From Bacteroidales bacterium (lineage in GTDB: Bacteria; Bacteroidota; Bacteroidia; Bacteroidales; WCHB1-69), in assembly GCA_045116675.1 (NCBI GenBank), contig JBGUMF010000073.1:9-64008 (forward strand): a DNA stretch of 64,000 bases. Direction: 5' to 3'. Numbering within the stretch: the stretch's first letter is position 1; every line of letters begins with the position of its first letter. The position numbers were made by a program, and so were the translations under genes. The notes under the pieces are model-generated. The model saw nothing but the letters and a program-made list of their open reading frames with translations, did not search any database and was not told the DNA's origin. Shown here piece after piece: positions 36,324-45,898 of this stretch.

Positions 36324-38045
36324 TTAAAAGGATGTGGTGATGGAAAGACCTACCCCGTAGGAGGCAGGTACTGCACGGCAGACACCTCCAATGCAGAGGA
36401 TACCCTCCTGGGTCTTTCCGAAGTTGAGCGCAATGCGGGTGGTGTTCCACACAAAGGCTCCGGCGACATTGAAATAATGCAGCCGACGGGACGGATCCGG
36501 ATTGCCGTAATTCCAGTCGTCACCGATAGAGATGAACCATTTCGGACTGATGGAATATTCCAGCATACCATAGATATGACTGCCGTCGTCATCCTTGGTG
36601 TATAAATGCTGGAGATCCAGATGCAGAGCGTGCTTGGATGTGATCTTCCATTGGAGATCGGAAGCCACCAGATGCCCACGCATCATGCCTTCATGGCCTT
36701 GCAGGATTTCAAGATTGTAGGAGATGAAATTGTAGGCCAGCGTCCATTTCCAGGATTTGGTGAACCGATGGCTGATTTCCAGTCCGATGTCCTGATAGAG
36801 AAGGTCGGGACCGAATTTGAAGAAGGACGAGGTGTAGCCTTCGGTGCCGCGTGCCGTACCATTTTCGATGGCGAGTGCCACCGGCTGCTGGTCGGTGTTG
36901 TGGAAACGGGAGAAATTGAACGTCAGGTCGGTGCCGTACTTGCCGCCCAATTTTGTTTTCTTGGGTATCTTGTAGTTAACTTGAAGCTGTACGCCGATTT
37001 GGCTGTTGGGTTGGCTGGCGAAGCCGTAATCGCTGATTAGCTGATACGAATATTGTCGGTTGATGGCTGGGATATTATTGATATTCAGCCAGCTGTTCTG
37101 CTGGACCATACGCTGCGAACGGAAATCCATGTTATCGGAACGGATGAACGAGGCCGCCACGCCGAAGCCTTTCATGGAGTAGGTGGCCGAAAGGAAGAGA
37201 GCTTCGCCTTTCTTATAGATGAAGTCATTGGAAACGTTCGGATCCTGCATCTTCTGGGCGAACTCGGCATCAAAACGGAAACCTTTGTATCCGAAATTCA
37301 GTCTCGTGGCCCATATCGGGATGTTCTGCGGAATCTTGTCGGCAGGAATCTCACCTGTGCAAGTGCTGTCGGTGCCGGGATACAGCGTGCCGATGATGGC
37401 TTCGTCGGCCTTCTCGAACTTGCTCACGAAAGAGGCCCCGATGTTCGTGGTGAAACCCTTCTCCTGCATCTTGGGGATAAGCTCGCTCAGAGCGATTTCA
37501 CCGTCAAGGCCCCGCACGAAGTCGCGCCGACCCAAATAGCTTTCGAAATTAAACCGCTCGATGCCCCACACCCCCTTGACCGTGATGCCCTTATACGGAG
37601 TCACCTTCACGCGGGCGCCCAACAGACTGTTGTCAATACCCAACTGCCGGTCCTCGTACGCCCTCAGCGCGAGCCCGTTGCCGAACTGCTCGTAGAAGTT
37701 GCCGGCGGTGACCTGAATGAACTTGTTTTTATAATCGGCGAAAAAATAGCGCACTCCCTGGCCCTGGTATTGGATTTTCTCGAAATCAATCAGCGGAAAC
37801 TGATAATACTCATAGCGCACGCCGGCAGAGAAGCCGCCATTCGAGTAAAGCAGGTTGATGAAGGCGTTGGCCCGCACTTTGGAGTCAACCTTTTCCGCTC
37901 CGATGAGGGAGTCCGGCATATAATACATACCGTTGAAACCGAAATCGCCACTGATACGGCTGTTGCCCAACTGGTGCTGACCTTGGAGCGACGACAGCGA
38001 AAACAGCAGTATAACCGAAATAATTAGAGATAGATGTTTTATCAT
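36324..38045 (-). CDS. DUF6029-type outer-membrane beta-barrel protein
   Basis: The N-terminal pattern ISGDFGFNGMYY.PD..IGA......RANAF.NL.Y..G.FSAGVRYE.Y is recognised from Bacteroidetes DUF6029 proteins. Confidence 0.65.
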   Translation of the reverse strand: MIKHLSLIISVILLFSLSSLQGQHQLGNSRISGDFGFNGMYYMPDSLIGAEKVDSKVRANAFINLLYSNGGFSAGVRYEYYQFPLIDFEKIQYQGQGVRYFFADYKNKFIQVTAGNFYEQFGNGLALRAYEDRQLGIDNSLLGARVKVTPYKGITVKGVWGIERFNFESYLGRRDFVRGLDGEIALSELIPKMQEKGFTTNIGASFVSKFEKADEAIIGTLYPGTDSTCTGEIPADKIPQNIPIWATRLNFGYKGFRFDAEFAQKMQDPNVSNDFIYKKGEALFLSATYSMKGFGVAASFIRSDNMDFRSQRMVQQNSWLNINNIPAINRQYSYQLISDYGFASQPNSQIGVQLQVNYKIPKKTKLGGKYGTDLTFNFSRFHNTDQQPVALAIENGTARGTEGYTSSFFKFGPDLLYQDIGLEISHRFTKSWKWTLAYNFISYNLEILQGHEGMMRGHLVASDLQWKITSKHALHLDLQHLYTKDDDGSHIYGMLEYSISPKWFISIGDDWNYGNPDPSRRLHYFNVAGAFVWNTTRIALNFGKTQEGILCIGGVCRAVPASYGVGLSITTSF

Positions 38046-38069
38046 ACTCAGGAATCTTGTAATGTCAGA

Positions 38070-38594
38070 TTATTTCCCGACCATTTTCTTGATGATTTCA
38101 TAGACTTCCTCTTCCCCGCCTGCCGCGTAAGAGGTGTGTTGCCACACAATCTCGCCGTTGCCGTTGAGGATACAGAGATAAGGCACGTCGTTCACATTCA
38201 TGGCACGCTTGAAGTCGGAGTTCACGTCCAGCAGAACGGTGTAGTCCCAGCCCCGCCCGTTGACGAACGGTGCCACGCGTGCGGAAGTCTTCGAGTCGTC
38301 AATGGAGATGGCGTACAACTTGACGCCAGTTTCCTCCACCCAGTCCTCATATTCGTCGGCAATAGCCATCAGCTCGTTGACGCAAGGTCTGCACCAAGTG
38401 GCCCACAGGCTGATGATGACCGGTTTGCCGTCATTTTGGATGTTGGCGGTGTTGAAAACCTGCCCGTCCAAGGTCTGGATATCGATGGCGGGTATTTTGG
38501 CCAGATGCTTGGGATTGGCATTATCGTCATTCTGGGCGATGACCGGCAAGCAGAACGCCAGCACACAGAGGGCTGCAAGGATTCTATTTTTCAT
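38070..38594 (-). CDS. TlpA-family thiol:disulfide oxidoreductase
   Basis: Signal peptide and the WATWCRPC active site. 174 aa. Confidence 0.85.
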   Translation of the reverse strand: MKNRILAALCVLAFCLPVIAQNDDNANPKHLAKIPAIDIQTLDGQVFNTANIQNDGKPVIISLWATWCRPCVNELMAIADEYEDWVEETGVKLYAISIDDSKTSARVAPFVNGRGWDYTVLLDVNSDFKRAMNVNDVPYLCILNGNGEIVWQHTSYAAGGEEEVYEIIKKMVGK

Positions 38595-38604
38595 AATGGT
38601 GTAT

Positions 38605-40053
38605 TTATTGTTTGCGATTAATAAAAAGTGGATTTTCTAATTCCTGTTCTTCTTTTGGGAAATGGGCATTCAAATATTGGATCAGCCCGTTGTCGGGAGA
38701 GGGCGCGTAACGGTTAAGGATCCGCCCATCAGCTCCCAAAATCATATAGTCGGGCAACGTTTCCACACCCATGCGCATCATCCAATCGTAGTTGCCGTTG
38801 AAATGCAGGATCGGCCATGCCACTATCCCGCCGTAGGTCTTGTAGAACTGCTCGTACGTTTTGCGCCCAGGGTCTGCACAGATGCTCACAAATTGGATTC
38901 TGTCCTGAAAATTCTGATAAAACTCGTTTAATAACACCATCTCCCGGATACAATCAATGCAGTCAGACTGCAAAAACTGCACGTAGATAGGTTTGTCACC
39001 CAATTGGTTTAAACGGACATGTCTGCCTTTTTCATTCTCAAACACGGGAATGTCCGTTTTCTGCGCCGGAGGCAGGGCGCGTTCAAGAGCGTGAGTGATA
39101 AAAGGCTGATGTTCAGGAAAATGCGTGGAAACCTGGATGTATTGCAGCAACTTGATGATGTTTCCCCTGTCAAACTCCTCGTTGTCCATCCACTGGTCCA
39201 GATTGCGGATGATGGCCAGCTCGCGGATGCGCTCGTTCACCAGCTGAGGGTCCCGGCCCACCTCGTTGAAAAGGGTCAGGTAATCGGGCTGCTCGTTGAT
39301 GGTGCGGGCCAGCAATTCCTTAGAGATACGGGGAGAATTGTACAGGTAGTTCCCATAAAACTGGTTGAACAACGCCATGTAGGCAGGGTTATTGTAAAGC
39401 ACCTTATCGTGGTCGAAATATTTGGAATAGATGGTTCTGCGGTCGAGCATGATTTCCAGCAGCCCATACGTGTAGTAAATATAAGATTCGTAAAAATTTT
39501 CCGGATTATACCGGATCGGGAAGCGCTCGGAAAGCATGGTGGAAACAGTGTCGAATGCCTTCGGATCGTGGTCGTAGGTGATCCGAAACGCGTAACGGTC
39601 CGTGATGCCACTGAAATAGCGCGAAAACCGGTTAATCTTATAGTTAAGGTCGGCGGTATCTATCTCATCCGTAGTAATTTGCAGGAAACCGCCGTAGGTC
39701 TCCGGGTTAATAAGGTTGAAGAGCAGGGTGTCGGCACTGATATGGAAATGATAGCTGTGGAAGGGCACGATGAAGAACTCGGCCTTAGTGGTGCGGATAG
39801 CCAGCTGTACCAGCTTGATGTCGGTGGTGGAATACGAGAGTTTGAAACGCCCGTTCTTGTCAATCTTGTCGTGAGCCGCCACAGTGGGGATATTGTTAAG
39901 CAGATCGTCAAACACAAGCAGGCGAATCTCCTCATTGCGGGCAAACGGAGCCTCACCCGTGATGACCACAGGCTGCTGCGCAAAAACCCGTACCCCTATG
40001 CAGAACAGGAGGAGCAGAAACGGTATCTTGTATGTATTTGACTGGATGGTCAT
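38605..40053 (-). CDS. Large thioredoxin-fold (redoxin-like) protein
   Basis: The C-terminal domain has ...YVQFLQSDCIDCIREM (CxxC) in a TlpA-like context. The N-terminal 330 aa are unassigned. The ATG overlaps the coaD stop (TAATG). Confidence 0.6.
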   Translation of the reverse strand: MTIQSNTYKIPFLLLLFCIGVRVFAQQPVVITGEAPFARNEEIRLLVFDDLLNNIPTVAAHDKIDKNGRFKLSYSTTDIKLVQLAIRTTKAEFFIVPFHSYHFHISADTLLFNLINPETYGGFLQITTDEIDTADLNYKINRFSRYFSGITDRYAFRITYDHDPKAFDTVSTMLSERFPIRYNPENFYESYIYYTYGLLEIMLDRRTIYSKYFDHDKVLYNNPAYMALFNQFYGNYLYNSPRISKELLARTINEQPDYLTLFNEVGRDPQLVNERIRELAIIRNLDQWMDNEEFDRGNIIKLLQYIQVSTHFPEHQPFITHALERALPPAQKTDIPVFENEKGRHVRLNQLGDKPIYVQFLQSDCIDCIREMVLLNEFYQNFQDRIQFVSICADPGRKTYEQFYKTYGGIVAWPILHFNGNYDWMMRMGVETLPDYMILGADGRILNRYAPSPDNGLIQYLNAHFPKEEQELENPLFINRKQ

Positions 40054-40517
40054 TATGGCTTTTCTGGAAGTTTATAGGATAGAAATGCGGAGTAGTCGGC
40101 GTGCAGCGACCACAACTCCCGCACCAGCGAGGAGGAGACGATGGCCCACTCGGGAGAGGAAGGGATGAAGATGGTCTCCACATCCGGATTCAAAGTCAGG
40201 TTTATCCGGCGCAACTCCTCTTCGGCGGCGAAGTCGATGGCGTTGCGGACACCCCGCACCAGATAGTTGACCCCGAGCTGCCGACACAGGTCCGTAGTAA
40301 GTCCCTCATACGCCATAACGGTCACCTTCGTTTCCCCGTCGTACAGGTCCCGGATCCACTGGAGGCGCTGCTCCACAGGAAAGATATCCTCTTTGGCGTG
40401 GTTGTGGCCGAGGGCAATGTAGAGGTGGTCGAAGAGCGGCAGGGCTTTCCGAACAATGTCCTCATGCCCCTTGGTAAAAGGACAAAAGGAACCGGCAAAC
40501 AGGGCTATGTTTTTCAT
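40053..40517 (-). CDS. coaD: Pantetheine-phosphate adenylyltransferase
   Basis: ALFAGSFCPFTKGHEDIV (the T/HxGH nucleotidyltransferase motif) and the 154 aa length fit CoaD. Confidence 0.9.
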   Translation of the reverse strand: MKNIALFAGSFCPFTKGHEDIVRKALPLFDHLYIALGHNHAKEDIFPVEQRLQWIRDLYDGETKVTVMAYEGLTTDLCRQLGVNYLVRGVRNAIDFAAEEELRRINLTLNPDVETIFIPSSPEWAIVSSSLVRELWSLHADYSAFLSYKLPEKP

Positions 40518-40522
40518 AATAA

Positions 40523-41086
40523 TCAGTCTCTGAGGATGGTGAAATTGTAATCGTCAAGGAATTTGATCAGACGGGAGGGCTTGTAGTCTATGGAGCTGGC
40601 GAACTCATGGGGCACCACATGGTCCATCTGGCGGATGACTTCCGGGGAGATGTCTTCAAAAGTCTTGGGAGTGGGCTCACCAGCGATGTTGGCGGAGGTG
40701 GAGACGACGGGCTTGCCGAGAGCGCGGATGAGCTTGCGGCAGAACTCGTTGCTCGTAATCCGGATGGCGATAGTGCCATCGTCATGGACCAGCTTGGCGG
40801 GGAGGTTCTTGGCAGTGGGATAGATGAAGGTGGTAGGACGTGAGATGTGCGGGATCAGATCCCAGGCTATCAGCGGAATCTCCTCCACATAATGGGGCAG
40901 ACGCTCCGCCGAGTCCAGCAGGATGATCATGCTCTTCTTCTCATTACGCTGTTTGATGCGGTAGATGGCCGCGACAGCCTCCTCGTTGGTGGCGTCGCAC
41001 CCGATGCCCCACACCGTGTCAGTGGGATAAAGCAGCACTTTGCCCTCACGCAGCAACGCCGCACACCGTTCGATTTCTTGTTCCAT
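40523..41086 (-). CDS. tsaC: L-threonylcarbamoyladenylate synthase (YrdC/TsaC type)
   Basis: LLYPTDTVWGIGCDA...SANI.G motifs and the 187 aa length fit TsaC. Confidence 0.85.
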   Translation of the reverse strand: MEQEIERCAALLREGKVLLYPTDTVWGIGCDATNEEAVAAIYRIKQRNEKKSMIILLDSAERLPHYVEEIPLIAWDLIPHISRPTTFIYPTAKNLPAKLVHDDGTIAIRITSNEFCRKLIRALGKPVVSTSANIAGEPTPKTFEDISPEVIRQMDHVVPHEFASSIDYKPSRLIKFLDDYNFTILRD

Positions 41087-41394
41087 ATCAGTAGTTCATT
41101 AGCAATGGCAAACCAAAGATTTGCAGCCGCAAAAATAATACTTTTTTGCACACAACGGGGCGGAAGAAATGATATGAGTAACGTGTGTTTTAAGACGTGA
41201 GATGCTGTTGGCCGTCAAGGGTTGGACTTTGAACTATGACGATGAACTTTGAACTTTCTTACCTTTCTACTTTTAATACTTTCCCACTTTTAACCTTATA
41301 AACTTTATAAACTTTACAAACATTACAAACCCTTTTACTTCCCCACTCTTGCAAAAATTATGTACTTTTGCAGGCTTTTTTGGATACTCTGAAT

Positions 41395-42039
41395 ATGAAA
41401 AAATATATCTTCGGACTGATGCTCTGCGCCTTGTGCCTTGCAGCCCCCGCGCAACAGATTGCCCTGCTCAAGTACAACGGCGGCGGCGACTGGTACGCCA
41501 ACCCCACCTCATTGCCCAACCTTATCAAGTTCTGCAACATCAACCTCGGCATGTCGCTTGACCTCAAGCCCGCCACGGTGGAAGTGGGCAGCGCCGATAT
41601 CTTCCAATACCCCTTCGTCCACATGACCGGACACGGCAACGTGGTCTTCAGCGACGCGGAAGCCGCCAACCTTCGGCTATACCTCATGTCGGGCGGATTC
41701 CTGCACGCGGACGACAACTACGGCCTCTCCACCTTCATACGCAAGGAGATGAAAAAGGTGTTCCCGGAACTTGACCTCGTGGAACTGCCCTTCAACCACC
41801 CGATTTTCCATCAGAAATACAAATTCCCGAACGGACTGCCCAAGATCCACGAGCACGACAACAAACCGCCCCAGGCATTTGCCCTCTTCTGGGAAGGACG
41901 CATGGTTTTCCTGTTCACGTATGAATGCGATCTGGGCGACGGCTGGGAGGACTATATCGTGCACAAAGACTCGGAAGCCACCCGCCTCAAAGCTTTGCAG
42001 ATGGGTGCAAATATCCTGCAATACGTTTTCTGCCAGTAG
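41395..42039 (+). CDS. DUF4159 domain protein
   Basis: LKYNGGGDWYANPTSLPNL...FVHMTGHGNV.FS..EA.NLR.YL..GGFLHADDNYG is characteristic of DUF4159. A TACTTTTG box lies at 41363-41370. Confidence 0.75.
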   Translation: MKKYIFGLMLCALCLAAPAQQIALLKYNGGGDWYANPTSLPNLIKFCNINLGMSLDLKPATVEVGSADIFQYPFVHMTGHGNVVFSDAEAANLRLYLMSGGFLHADDNYGLSTFIRKEMKKVFPELDLVELPFNHPIFHQKYKFPNGLPKIHEHDNKPPQAFALFWEGRMVFLFTYECDLGDGWEDYIVHKDSEATRLKALQMGANILQYVFCQ

Positions 42040-42050
42040 GTTGACACCCC

Positions 42051-44510
42051 TTAATCTTCGACTTCCGTCTCCTCGCTCGGACCGCTGATCTGCGCCTTTT
42101 TCTCCAATTCCATCTTTCCGAACCTCAGCGTGATGCCCGCGCTGATGAAACGGCTGTTGTACTTGGTGGACGAACGTACCATATAGTAGGGGTTATTTTC
42201 CGTAGTGGCCGTTTTGTTCCAGTTGAAGATGTCCGTCACGTTAAGATGCAGGGAGAGCTTGCGCTTCAGCAGGTCGGCCCGAAGACCGCAGTCGATGGAG
42301 TAGCGCGGACGGGTAGTGGAGAACAGCGAAACGCTCTTGGAGCGGTAGTTGGCAGAGGCGAACACCTCCAGCACCTTCCACAGCTTCGCCCAGTAGTTGA
42401 GGCGGAAACTGTAGCCCAAATTGGAGAAAATGCGCGGGTCAGGCTCGTTTCGGAAGCGATATTCGGAGTGCTCGTAATAAATGTTAGCGTAAAAGCGGAT
42501 GGTCATGAAGGTCTTCAGCCGGTAGTTCATGTTGAAGGATGCTCCTGTGTTCAAGGTGGTGCCCGCATTGACCGGCATGGTGAATGTGACCACACGCCCG
42601 TAGATGTCACTGTAAGCCACGTCCGTCAGCGTGTTCACCTTTTGCCCAGTATGCTTAAAATAGGCGGAGAGGCCGAGATTGCCGAACTTGTTCACGAATT
42701 TGGTCCAGTTGAACTCCACATTATGCGTCTGGGTGGCGTGCAAGTCGGGGTTCCCAGTGCTGTACGAGTCTTCCCCATAGCTGATGAACGGGCTGAGTCG
42801 GGAGGCATCCGGCTGGTTGATGCGGTAGGTGTAGCTCAGCCGGAAGTTATGCATGGATTTCGTCCTGTAACTCAAATGCAGGGAGGGATATAAGTTCAGC
42901 TTGTTTTGTATGACATTGTCTTGAGGAGAGTTTAAAATCTGATAAACCTCATGGTTGTAACGAACCCGAAGACCCTCCTTTATGGTGAAATTCCCGATCT
43001 TGTGCTGGAGGGTGGCAAAGACGCTGACGCCACCGTTCTGAGTGCGTGTGTCTTTCAGTCGCAGGGAATCCAACAGGAAAACGTCATCGGAGCCCGCCAT
43101 CAGCGTGTCCGATGTGCTCAACCCGTTGTTTTGGCGGAAACTGCCCTCCACCCCGACCGATAACTCATGGTTCTTCGCGAAGGGACGGGAGTAGTCAAGG
43201 CTGCCGCGTATGCTGTAATTCAGCCCACTGTTGTTTTTCTTTTTAAAATAATCCATAAAATCCTGCAACATGTAGTCGCGGATTTCCTCCGCATAGGAAC
43301 GGTTTTGGCCGAAATTGCCGGACACGTTCGCCTTCAGCTCGTGGCCCTGGCGGTCAAAGCGGTGGAGGAACCACATGCCCCCGTAGCCTCCTGCCGAAAA
43401 CGAGCGGTTGGCGTTGTCGGTGATGTAGGCATAGAGTCCTGCCGACTCCAGATATTCCCTCCGGAAGACATTCTGCACATTGTGGTAACGGCTCCACGAC
43501 GGGTAGGTGCCCGCCCAGAAGCTCAGCGTGTTCATGGTATCGAACGTGTAGCTGCCGTTAAAGCTAAAAGAGGTTGAAAAACTGTGCGTTACAGACTGTC
43601 CGCTGCCGTGACCGTTGCTGGAGGTGTCGCCCTCGTGGTTGAAGCGGGTGGCGTAGGATTCGCTGACACTGTTCTGGAACGAATATCGCCCACTGAGGTA
43701 GAAGTTGAGCGACAGCTTCTCGTTAGCCCACACGTAGGACACCCACGGGTTGACTTCCGGTCGGGAGGATCCCGTCACGCCGAAGCTGATAAAGCTGTTT
43801 TTCTTGATGTTTCCTGCTAAAACAATGTTGATAATAGCATCGGCATCCGTATTGTATTTGGCTGATGGATTGTTGATTACCTCGATACGTTCCAGCGCGT
43901 TGGCCGGCAGCTGGCGGATAAAGTTCTTGAGGTTGTCCTCCGTGAGGTTGGAAGGCTTGTCGTTCATCCAGATTTCCACAGAAGAAGCTCCGTGCAGCGT
44001 GATGTTGCCCTCGATGTCCACCTCCACCCCCGGCGTGTTCTGCAGGGCATCGGAGGCGGTGCCCGACTGTATGGTCGGGTCGTCCGACACGTTGTACATG
44101 GTCTTCTCCCCTTCCACCATGAAGACGGGCCGTTCCGTCACGATGCTGACCTCGCCCAATGTGGTACTCCCTTTCTTCAGCGCTATCGGACGCAGTCGCA
44201 TATTCGCTTCCTCCCCGCCCACGGTGACGGGCACGGTGCGCACGTCATAGCCTATCAGCGACAGTTTCAGCAGGTACTCGCCGGCCGGCGCATCCGTGAT
44301 GGTGAAACGCCCGTTCTGGTCGGTGATGGCGGCTCCCACCATCGCATGGGAAGAGTCCGACGTAAAAAGGCCCACATTGACGAAGGCCACCCTGCTGCGG
44401 CTGGCAGTGTCCAGCACCACGCCGTGCAGCGTGTAGGTGCGCTGGCCGAACAGGGCTGACACAGAAAAGAGGAACGCCAACAGGAACAATATGCGGTGTA
44501 TTTTTGACAT
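42051..44510 (-). CDS. Outer-membrane beta-barrel family protein (TonB-dependent-receptor-like, CarboxypepD_reg N-terminus)
   Basis: Signal peptide, LHGVVLDTASRSRVAFVNVGL (carboxypeptidase-regulatory fold), plug-like ALQNTPGVEVD..GNITLHG, then a long beta-barrel. Start set at MSKIHR (44510). A caaaaata -7 box lies at 44562-44569. Confidence 0.75.
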   Translation of the reverse strand: MSKIHRILFLLAFLFSVSALFGQRTYTLHGVVLDTASRSRVAFVNVGLFTSDSSHAMVGAAITDQNGRFTITDAPAGEYLLKLSLIGYDVRTVPVTVGGEEANMRLRPIALKKGSTTLGEVSIVTERPVFMVEGEKTMYNVSDDPTIQSGTASDALQNTPGVEVDIEGNITLHGASSVEIWMNDKPSNLTEDNLKNFIRQLPANALERIEVINNPSAKYNTDADAIINIVLAGNIKKNSFISFGVTGSSRPEVNPWVSYVWANEKLSLNFYLSGRYSFQNSVSESYATRFNHEGDTSSNGHGSGQSVTHSFSTSFSFNGSYTFDTMNTLSFWAGTYPSWSRYHNVQNVFRREYLESAGLYAYITDNANRSFSAGGYGGMWFLHRFDRQGHELKANVSGNFGQNRSYAEEIRDYMLQDFMDYFKKKNNSGLNYSIRGSLDYSRPFAKNHELSVGVEGSFRQNNGLSTSDTLMAGSDDVFLLDSLRLKDTRTQNGGVSVFATLQHKIGNFTIKEGLRVRYNHEVYQILNSPQDNVIQNKLNLYPSLHLSYRTKSMHNFRLSYTYRINQPDASRLSPFISYGEDSYSTGNPDLHATQTHNVEFNWTKFVNKFGNLGLSAYFKHTGQKVNTLTDVAYSDIYGRVVTFTMPVNAGTTLNTGASFNMNYRLKTFMTIRFYANIYYEHSEYRFRNEPDPRIFSNLGYSFRLNYWAKLWKVLEVFASANYRSKSVSLFSTTRPRYSIDCGLRADLLKRKLSLHLNVTDIFNWNKTATTENNPYYMVRSSTKYNSRFISAGITLRFGKMELEKKAQISGPSEETEVED

Positions 44511-44601
44511 CTTTCTTAAATTGTTAAAACAATGGGGTCCGGTTGAAGGATATTCAGGTTGCAAAAATAAAAAAAATGAAACATCCATCGGAAATATTTT
44601 G

Positions 44602-44609
44602 TATCTTTG
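44602..44609 (+). promoter_or_regulatory. -7 box (TATCTTTG) for bamD operon
   Basis: Exact TAnnTTTG match 17 nt upstream of the ATG at 44626. Confidence 0.5.
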
Positions 44610-44625
44610 CAACGTTTGATTTACT

Positions 44626-45537
44626 ATGGTTAAGAAGAGTTGTAAGTTATTGATAATAATACTATTGGCTGCTTCTGTGGACGTTTGTGCCGCGGATTTT
44701 ACGGCTATTTTCTCCGAAAACCCGTGCATGGTACTGTCCGTGCAGGACACATCGAAGCCATCGCAGAAGGTTGCCAAGCCAAAAAAGGAGCGCCTCTCCA
44801 AGGGTGCCAAGAAGGTCACATTCGAGAGCTTCGAGGCCAACTACGCGAGAGCCATGCGGTATTATAACAACCAGCAGTTCCTCTCCGCCGCCGGCCTTTT
44901 TGAGGATCTCTACCCTCTCTCCTTAGGCACGCCCCGCGCCGACACCATACTCTTCCTTTTTGCTCATTGCTACTACATGAACGCAGACTATACGATGGCC
45001 GCCTTCCATTTCCGCGACTACGTGAAGCGCTATCCCAACAGTGACCGCACGGAGGACGCCTTCTATTACTGCATCTCCGCCATCAACAAATCCAGCGCCG
45101 ACTACAACCTGGACCAGAGCAACACCGAGTACGCCATCGAACAAATCAAGGCATTTTTAATTGCCTACCCCAATTCGAAACATGTGGAAGAATGTAATGT
45201 GATGTTGGACGCATTGCGTTTGAAACTGGCCCGCAAGAATTTGGAGATTCTAAAACTGTATTATAACACAGACCATTACGAGGCATGCCAGATTGCCGCC
45301 AAGAACTTCTTCAATGAATATTCCTACTCGCCACTGATGCCGGAGGCAATTTATTATCTGGTGTTAAACAATTACGAATATGCGAGAAAGAGCGTAGAGA
45401 AAAAGAAAGCCGAGCGTTATCGCGCGTGTTTGGATGCCTGCAACCGGCTCACCCTGAACTACGGGGAAACGAAATACACCAAGGAGGTGGAGAAAATAGC
45501 CGCCGACGTTCAGAAACATTTACAGAAATACAATTAA
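44626..45537 (+). CDS. bamD: Outer membrane protein assembly factor BamD
   Basis: TPR lipoprotein-like sequence ...Y..A...Y....Y..A...FE.L......T...D...F..A.CYY. Its position upstream of rpoZ-coaBC is conserved in Bacteroidetes. Confidence 0.8.
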   Translation: MVKKSCKLLIIILLAASVDVCAADFTAIFSENPCMVLSVQDTSKPSQKVAKPKKERLSKGAKKVTFESFEANYARAMRYYNNQQFLSAAGLFEDLYPLSLGTPRADTILFLFAHCYYMNADYTMAAFHFRDYVKRYPNSDRTEDAFYYCISAINKSSADYNLDQSNTEYAIEQIKAFLIAYPNSKHVEECNVMLDALRLKLARKNLEILKLYYNTDHYEACQIAAKNFFNEYSYSPLMPEAIYYLVLNNYEYARKSVEKKKAERYRACLDACNRLTLNYGETKYTKEVEKIAADVQKHLQKYN

Positions 45538-45556
45538 CAAATCAAAAAATATTTTA

Positions 45557-45886
45557 ATGAAAGCAGCTGATTACAAAAAACTTAAAATCGATCTCTTTGC
45601 AAAGACGAAAGACATCAGACAGTATGACAAGGAGACGGGTAATTTCTACAAGAGCATCGTCATCATGTCAAAGCGGGCGGATCAGATAGCCTCCGACCTG
45701 AAGCAGGAGTTCCAGGAGAGTTCCCAGCAGTATTCCCCGACGAATGAGTCGTTGGAGGAGGTGTACGAGAACCGCGAGCAGATCGAATTGTCCAAATTCT
45801 ACGAGCAGCTTCCCAAGCCCACGCAAATCGCATTGTACGAGTTTGAGAACAACCAGGTCTATTTCAAGGATCCCGACGTGGACTAA
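45557..45886 (+). CDS. rpoZ: DNA-directed RNA polymerase subunit omega (Bacteroidetes type)
   Basis: About 110 aa, with N.YK.I.I.SKRA.QI, and a conserved position between bamD and coaBC. Confidence 0.6.
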   Translation: MKAADYKKLKIDLFAKTKDIRQYDKETGNFYKSIVIMSKRADQIASDLKQEFQESSQQYSPTNESLEEVYENREQIELSKFYEQLPKPTQIALYEFENNQVYFKDPDVD

Positions 45887-45898
45887 AACACCGATAAC

